Positions 60,585 to 64,000 of a DNA stretch of 64,000 nt are shown here, one piece after another. The notes under the pieces were generated by a model that saw only the letters and a list, made by a program, of their open reading frames with translations, was not told where the DNA came from and ran no database searches. The DNA is from Bacteroidota bacterium. GTDB taxonomy: Bacteria > Bacteroidota > Bacteroidia > 2-12-FULL-35-15. The stretch covers positions 10,885-74,884 of the forward strand of contig CANIFU010000004.1 of the NCBI GenBank assembly GCA_947466965.1, in the 5' to 3' direction. The translations under genes were made by a program, and so were the position numbers. The first letter of the stretch is position 1. Each line of letters starts with the position of its first letter.

Positions 60585-61667
60585 TTAGAGGGTCGATTTT
60601 GTTTTCATCTTCCGCTTCTCAAAGCCTTCTTTATTTTTATTTGCCAATTGCCCGCAAGCCGCATCAATATCCTTTCCTCTGCTTCTACGAACATTTACGA
60701 TTATATTTTTATTTTCAAGGTATTTCGCAAAAGCATCCAAACGTTCGGTTGTTGTTTGCTGGAATTCACCATCATCGATGGGATTGTATTCAATTATATT
60801 TACCTTGCAGGGTATGTGTTTGCAAAACTTTGCCAGATCCTGCGCATCCTCAATGCTATCATTAAAATCTTTGAATGCAATGTATTCGTATGTTACGCGA
60901 GTACCTGTTTTTTCATAAAAATACTTCAACGCTTCGGCCAATGCTTCCAATGTATTGCTTTCGTTGATTGGCATTATGTGGTTTCTTTTGGCATCATTTG
61001 CAGCATGTAGCGATAAAGCCAAATTAAATTTCACGCCATCATCACCCAACTTTTTAATCATTTTTGAAACACCTGCAGTACTTACAGTTATTCGTTGTGG
61101 CGACATGTTCAAGCCTTCCGGAGAAGTAATTTTATGAATGGAGTCCAATACATTTTTATAGTTTAGCAAAGGCTCACCCATGCCCATGTATACAATATTT
61201 GTTAGCGGAACATTGTATTTTTCTTCCGCTTGATTTTTTATTAAAACAACCTGATCATAGATTTCATCCGCATTTAAATTTCGCAACCGTTCTAACTTTC
61301 CTGTAGCACAAAACTTACAGGTAAGACTACAACCGACCTGTGAAGAAATACAAGCTGTCATCCTTGTTGTACTAGGAATCAATACACCTTCAACAATATT
61401 GCTATCATAAAGTTTAAATGCATTCTTGATCGTACGGTCGCTGCTAATCTGCATATCGTCCACTACAACTGCATTGATCACAAAATGTGTATTTAATAAT
61501 TCACGAGTAGATTTTGATAAATTGCTCATTTCATCAAACGTGCGGGACGACTTTTTCCAAAGCCACTCATAGACCTGTTTAGCACGAAATGCTTGATCTC
61601 CGTTTTCTATGAAAACAGTTTTCAATTCCTCCAATGAAAGTGCTCGTATATCCTTCTTTGTATCCAT
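60585..61667 (-). CDS. rlmN: 23S rRNA (adenine2503-C2)-methyltransferase, radical SAM
   Basis: The radical-SAM motif is CSLTCKFCATG. The conserved MGMGEPL is present. The probable start is MDTKKD at 61667. Confidence 0.85.
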   Translation of the reverse strand: MDTKKDIRALSLEELKTVFIENGDQAFRAKQVYEWLWKKSSRTFDEMSNLSKSTRELLNTHFVINAVVVDDMQISSDRTIKNAFKLYDSNIVEGVLIPSTTRMTACISSQVGCSLTCKFCATGKLERLRNLNADEIYDQVVLIKNQAEEKYNVPLTNIVYMGMGEPLLNYKNVLDSIHKITSPEGLNMSPQRITVSTAGVSKMIKKLGDDGVKFNLALSLHAANDAKRNHIMPINESNTLEALAEALKYFYEKTGTRVTYEYIAFKDFNDSIEDAQDLAKFCKHIPCKVNIIEYNPIDDGEFQQTTTERLDAFAKYLENKNIIVNVRRSRGKDIDAACGQLANKNKEGFEKRKMKTKSTL

Positions 61668-61752
61668 TTTACTTAAAAACAAATTTACGAATAGATATTG
61701 ATATAACGAGCAGTTTATAATTTCGTAATTTTGTAATTTACATACCACTTTT

Positions 61753-62919
61753 ATGCGTAAGATTTCTGCGGATTATATTTTTCCTGTTTCATCAGAGCCA
61801 ATTAAAAACGGGGTAGTGTCTATTTCTGACGATGGCACTATCTTGGCTGTAGAATCAAGTATTAGCGGAGCAACGGAACATTATTCAGGAATTATTTGTC
61901 CTGGTTTTATTAACACACACTGCCACTTAGAACTATCTCATTTACGGTCACAGGTAAGTGAAAAAAAGGGAATAACAGGCTTCATTAAAGAAATTATTGA
62001 AAAACGAACTGCCTTTTCGGAAGGCCTTATTGAAAGATGCATTGTAGATGCTGAAGCTGAAATGATTCGAAACGGAATCGTGGCTGTTGCTGATATTTCA
62101 AACAACAGCAGTACATTTAAACAAAAAGAAAAAAAGAATTTATATTACCACACGTTCATTGAAATCTTCAGTATGGATCCTTCAAAGGCGGAAGAAACAA
62201 TTGAAAAGGGGAAAAAATTAATAGCCGAACTTACCACATCCGGCTCCATTTCACCTCATGCTCCCTATACTATGTCTGAAGAGTTACTTGCACTCATCAA
62301 TAATGTTGCAGAAGAAAACAATAGTATTTTAACGATTCATAACCAGGAAAGTGAAGGAGAGAACGAGATGTTTTTGACCAACTCCGGTGTTATGTTTAAC
62401 GCATTCAAGGAAATGGGAATAAACACCAACCTGATGCGCAAAACTGGGAAAAATTCTTTACAATCTACCTTAAAACACCTCCACAAAGCAAAAAAAACAC
62501 TCCTGGTGCACAACACATTTACATCAAAGGAGGATCTCGATTGGATTAAATCTAATCGCTCTAATTTAAAATCACAGCTCTATTTTTGTACCTGCCCGAA
62601 TGCAAACCTATTTATCGAAAACAAATTACCCGATTACAAGTTATTTATAGAAGAAAATGCGACCATTACTATTGGAACCGATAGCCTGGCTTCCAACTGG
62701 AGCTTATCCATTCTTGATGAATTAAAGACCATCACAAAGTATTGCCCTGAAATTCCATTGCAAACATTGCTTATCTGGGCAACAAAAAACGGGGCTGAAT
62801 TTTTGGGACAAAACCAACTCGGCAGCATCGAAAAAGGTAAAAAACCTGGATTAAACCTGCTTAAAAATGTGGATGGGATAAGCATCACTGAAAAAACGGA
62901 AGTAGTGAAACTTGCTTAA
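61753..62919 (+). CDS. Amidohydrolase family metal-dependent hydrolase (deaminase/chlorohydrolase-like)
   Basis: 388 aa. The N-terminal metal-binding motif is [15 protein letters not shown]-barrel amidohydrolase features are present. Confidence 0.65.
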   Translation: MRKISADYIFPVSSEPIKNGVVSISDDGTILAVESSISGATEHYSGIICPGFINTHCHLELSHLRSQVSEKKGITGFIKEIIEKRTAFSEGLIERCIVDAEAEMIRNGIVAVADISNNSSTFKQKEKKNLYYHTFIEIFSMDPSKAEETIEKGKKLIAELTTSGSISPHAPYTMSEELLALINNVAEENNSILTIHNQESEGENEMFLTNSGVMFNAFKEMGINTNLMRKTGKNSLQSTLKHLHKAKKTLLVHNTFTSKEDLDWIKSNRSNLKSQLYFCTCPNANLFIENKLPDYKLFIEENATITIGTDSLASNWSLSILDELKTITKYCPEIPLQTLLIWATKNGAEFLGQNQLGSIEKGKKPGLNLLKNVDGISITEKTEVVKLA

Positions 62920-63007
62920 ACGCGAATGCGGATCCTTACGATTTTTAATTGGCAGTAAATAAAAAAGCTCAGCAAAGATAAACCCTCATCATCCTGTTGT
63001 TCAGTTC

Positions 63008-63688
63008 CTAGTTTTCCATCAATGCTTCCGCAATTATTAAATCTTGTTCTGTCGTAATTTTAATATTTTCGCGGTTTCCTTCAATCAGATTTATTTTTTC
63101 TCCGAAGGCCTCCAGAACACTTGCATCATCTGTAAATTCAGGCTTGTATGCTTTTAAAAATGCCTTTTTTATTAAATCAGAATGAAAACATTGTGGTGTT
63201 TGAATAATGGAATAATGCCTTCGATCTACAGCACAATTATCTTTCCCCTTTAAAAACCGAATTGAGTCGTTGAGCGGAACGCATGGAGAAGCATTACCTC
63301 TCACTTCGGCCGTTTCAAAAGCATTCAAAATTGTTTGCTTGCTAACCAATGGTCTTGCAGCGTCATGAATTCCAACAACACAAGCAACAGGAACAAGTGC
63401 CAAACCATTTTTCACAGAATGGTAGCGCGTTTCTCCGCCATCTGCCAATTGATGAGAGATAGTAAAGTTGTGTTTGATACATAAATTTCCCCAGGCAACG
63501 TTCAATGATTTTGAAAGAACAACAATAACAAAAATATCGGGGAAGGCAGAAGTAAACTTTTCAATCGTATGCATCAAAATCGGCTTCCCTTTTAACTCAA
63601 TAAATTGTTTTGGAATGGCATTATTCATGCGACTCCCTGTTCCTCCTGCTACTATGATTACGTATTTTTTCATATGAATTAATTTCAA
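63008..63688 (-). CDS. ispD: 2-C-methyl-D-erythritol 4-phosphate cytidylyltransferase
   Basis: 226 aa. The motif IVAGGTGSRM is present. Confidence 0.85.
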   Translation of the reverse strand: MKLIHMKKYVIIVAGGTGSRMNNAIPKQFIELKGKPILMHTIEKFTSAFPDIFVIVVLSKSLNVAWGNLCIKHNFTISHQLADGGETRYHSVKNGLALVPVACVVGIHDAARPLVSKQTILNAFETAEVRGNASPCVPLNDSIRFLKGKDNCAVDRRHYSIIQTPQCFHSDLIKKAFLKAYKPEFTDDASVLEAFGEKINLIEGNRENIKITTEQDLIIAEALMEN

Positions 63689-63775
63689 TGAAAATGAATA
63701 AAAAAAAACGAATTTACAAATCCGTGTTTATAGCACACATTCGTAAATTCGTAGAATTAGTCATTTTACACGTTT

Positions 63776-64000
63776 TTATAAAATCAACATGGCGTCTCCG
63801 TAAGTATAAAAATTGTATTTTTCTTTTATCGCTTCTTTGTATGCCTTCATCATCAAATCATACCCACCAAATGCGCAAACCATCATCAATAATGTTGATT
63901 CAGGAGTGTGGAAGTTGGTGATCATACAATTTGCAACACTGAAATCATATGGAGGAAAAATAAATTTATTAGTCCAACCATCGTATGGTTTTACATATCC
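63776..64000 (-). CDS. queA: S-adenosylmethionine:tRNA ribosyltransferase-isomerase (C-terminal fragment; gene continues past the window end)
   Basis: The C-terminus ...[45 protein letters not shown] matches the QueA C-terminal region. Confidence 0.65.
   Translation of the reverse strand, partial: GYVKPYDGWTNKFIFPPYDFSVANCMITNFHTPESTLLMMVCAFGGYDLMMKAYKEAIKEKYNFYTYGDAMLIL

Noticed and set aside
1-64000. CRISPR arrays, transposases, integrases, phage genes, restriction-modification or toxin-antitoxin defence systems
   Set aside because: I found no direct-repeat/spacer arrays, DDE/tyrosine recombinase motifs or defence-system domain signatures. Apart from the glycosylation, CotH/T9SS and sulfur loci, the window is core chromosome.

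Overview
This is a 64 kb chromosomal window from a low-GC (~35%) Bacteroidota genome, probably Flavobacteriia, Sphingobacteriia or Chitinophagia. The phylum call rests on a PorP/SprF protein, gliding-motility and T9SS C-terminal sorting domains, a MurF-Alr fusion, and a DUF4271/HemD neighbourhood. The window is gene-dense and mostly housekeeping: sufB/sufA, thiL, sdhCAB, dnaG, recJ, corA, rsmI, tdk, murF-alr, meaB, ctpA, yidD-rnpA, ispB, rlmN, ispD and queA. I found no rRNA, tRNA, CRISPR, transposase or integrase.

The accessory-type content stands out in six places:
- 2094-9408: a tight operon of a GT-C membrane glycosyltransferase, a GtrB/ArnC-like polyprenyl-phosphate sugar synthase, a fusion of two complete SDR epimerase/dehydratase domains and a DUF288/STELLO-like protein, with a convergent second GT-C (ArnT/PMT-like). 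The composition resembles the Arn/Gtr/Flm pathways but is not canonical. This is my best candidate for an under-described system.
- 35758-39944: two tandem paralogous secreted proteins (signal peptide, P-domain, CotH kinase-like domain, T9SS CTD). Their 5' ~500 bp are ~88% identical at DNA level, which is a gene-conversion signature.
- 17313-21171: a SprB-like Ig-repeat adhesin with a type-B gliding CTD, paired with a PorP/SprF protein.
- 25500-28169: a tauE-cstB-like-rhodanese persulfide/sulfite detoxification operon.
- 57961-58305 and 59923-60567: paralogous small lipoproteins built from a repeated CxxCH...MP module, possibly novel mono-heme cytochrome c-like domains.
- Intergenic signals: a CATAG-pentamer dyad array flanked by a perfect 12-bp inverted repeat (48563-48693), a candidate small membrane peptide behind an imperfect inverted repeat that could form a structured leader (14553-14868), and several clear rho-independent terminators.

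All functional calls come from motif and architecture recognition by eye. I ran no searches.
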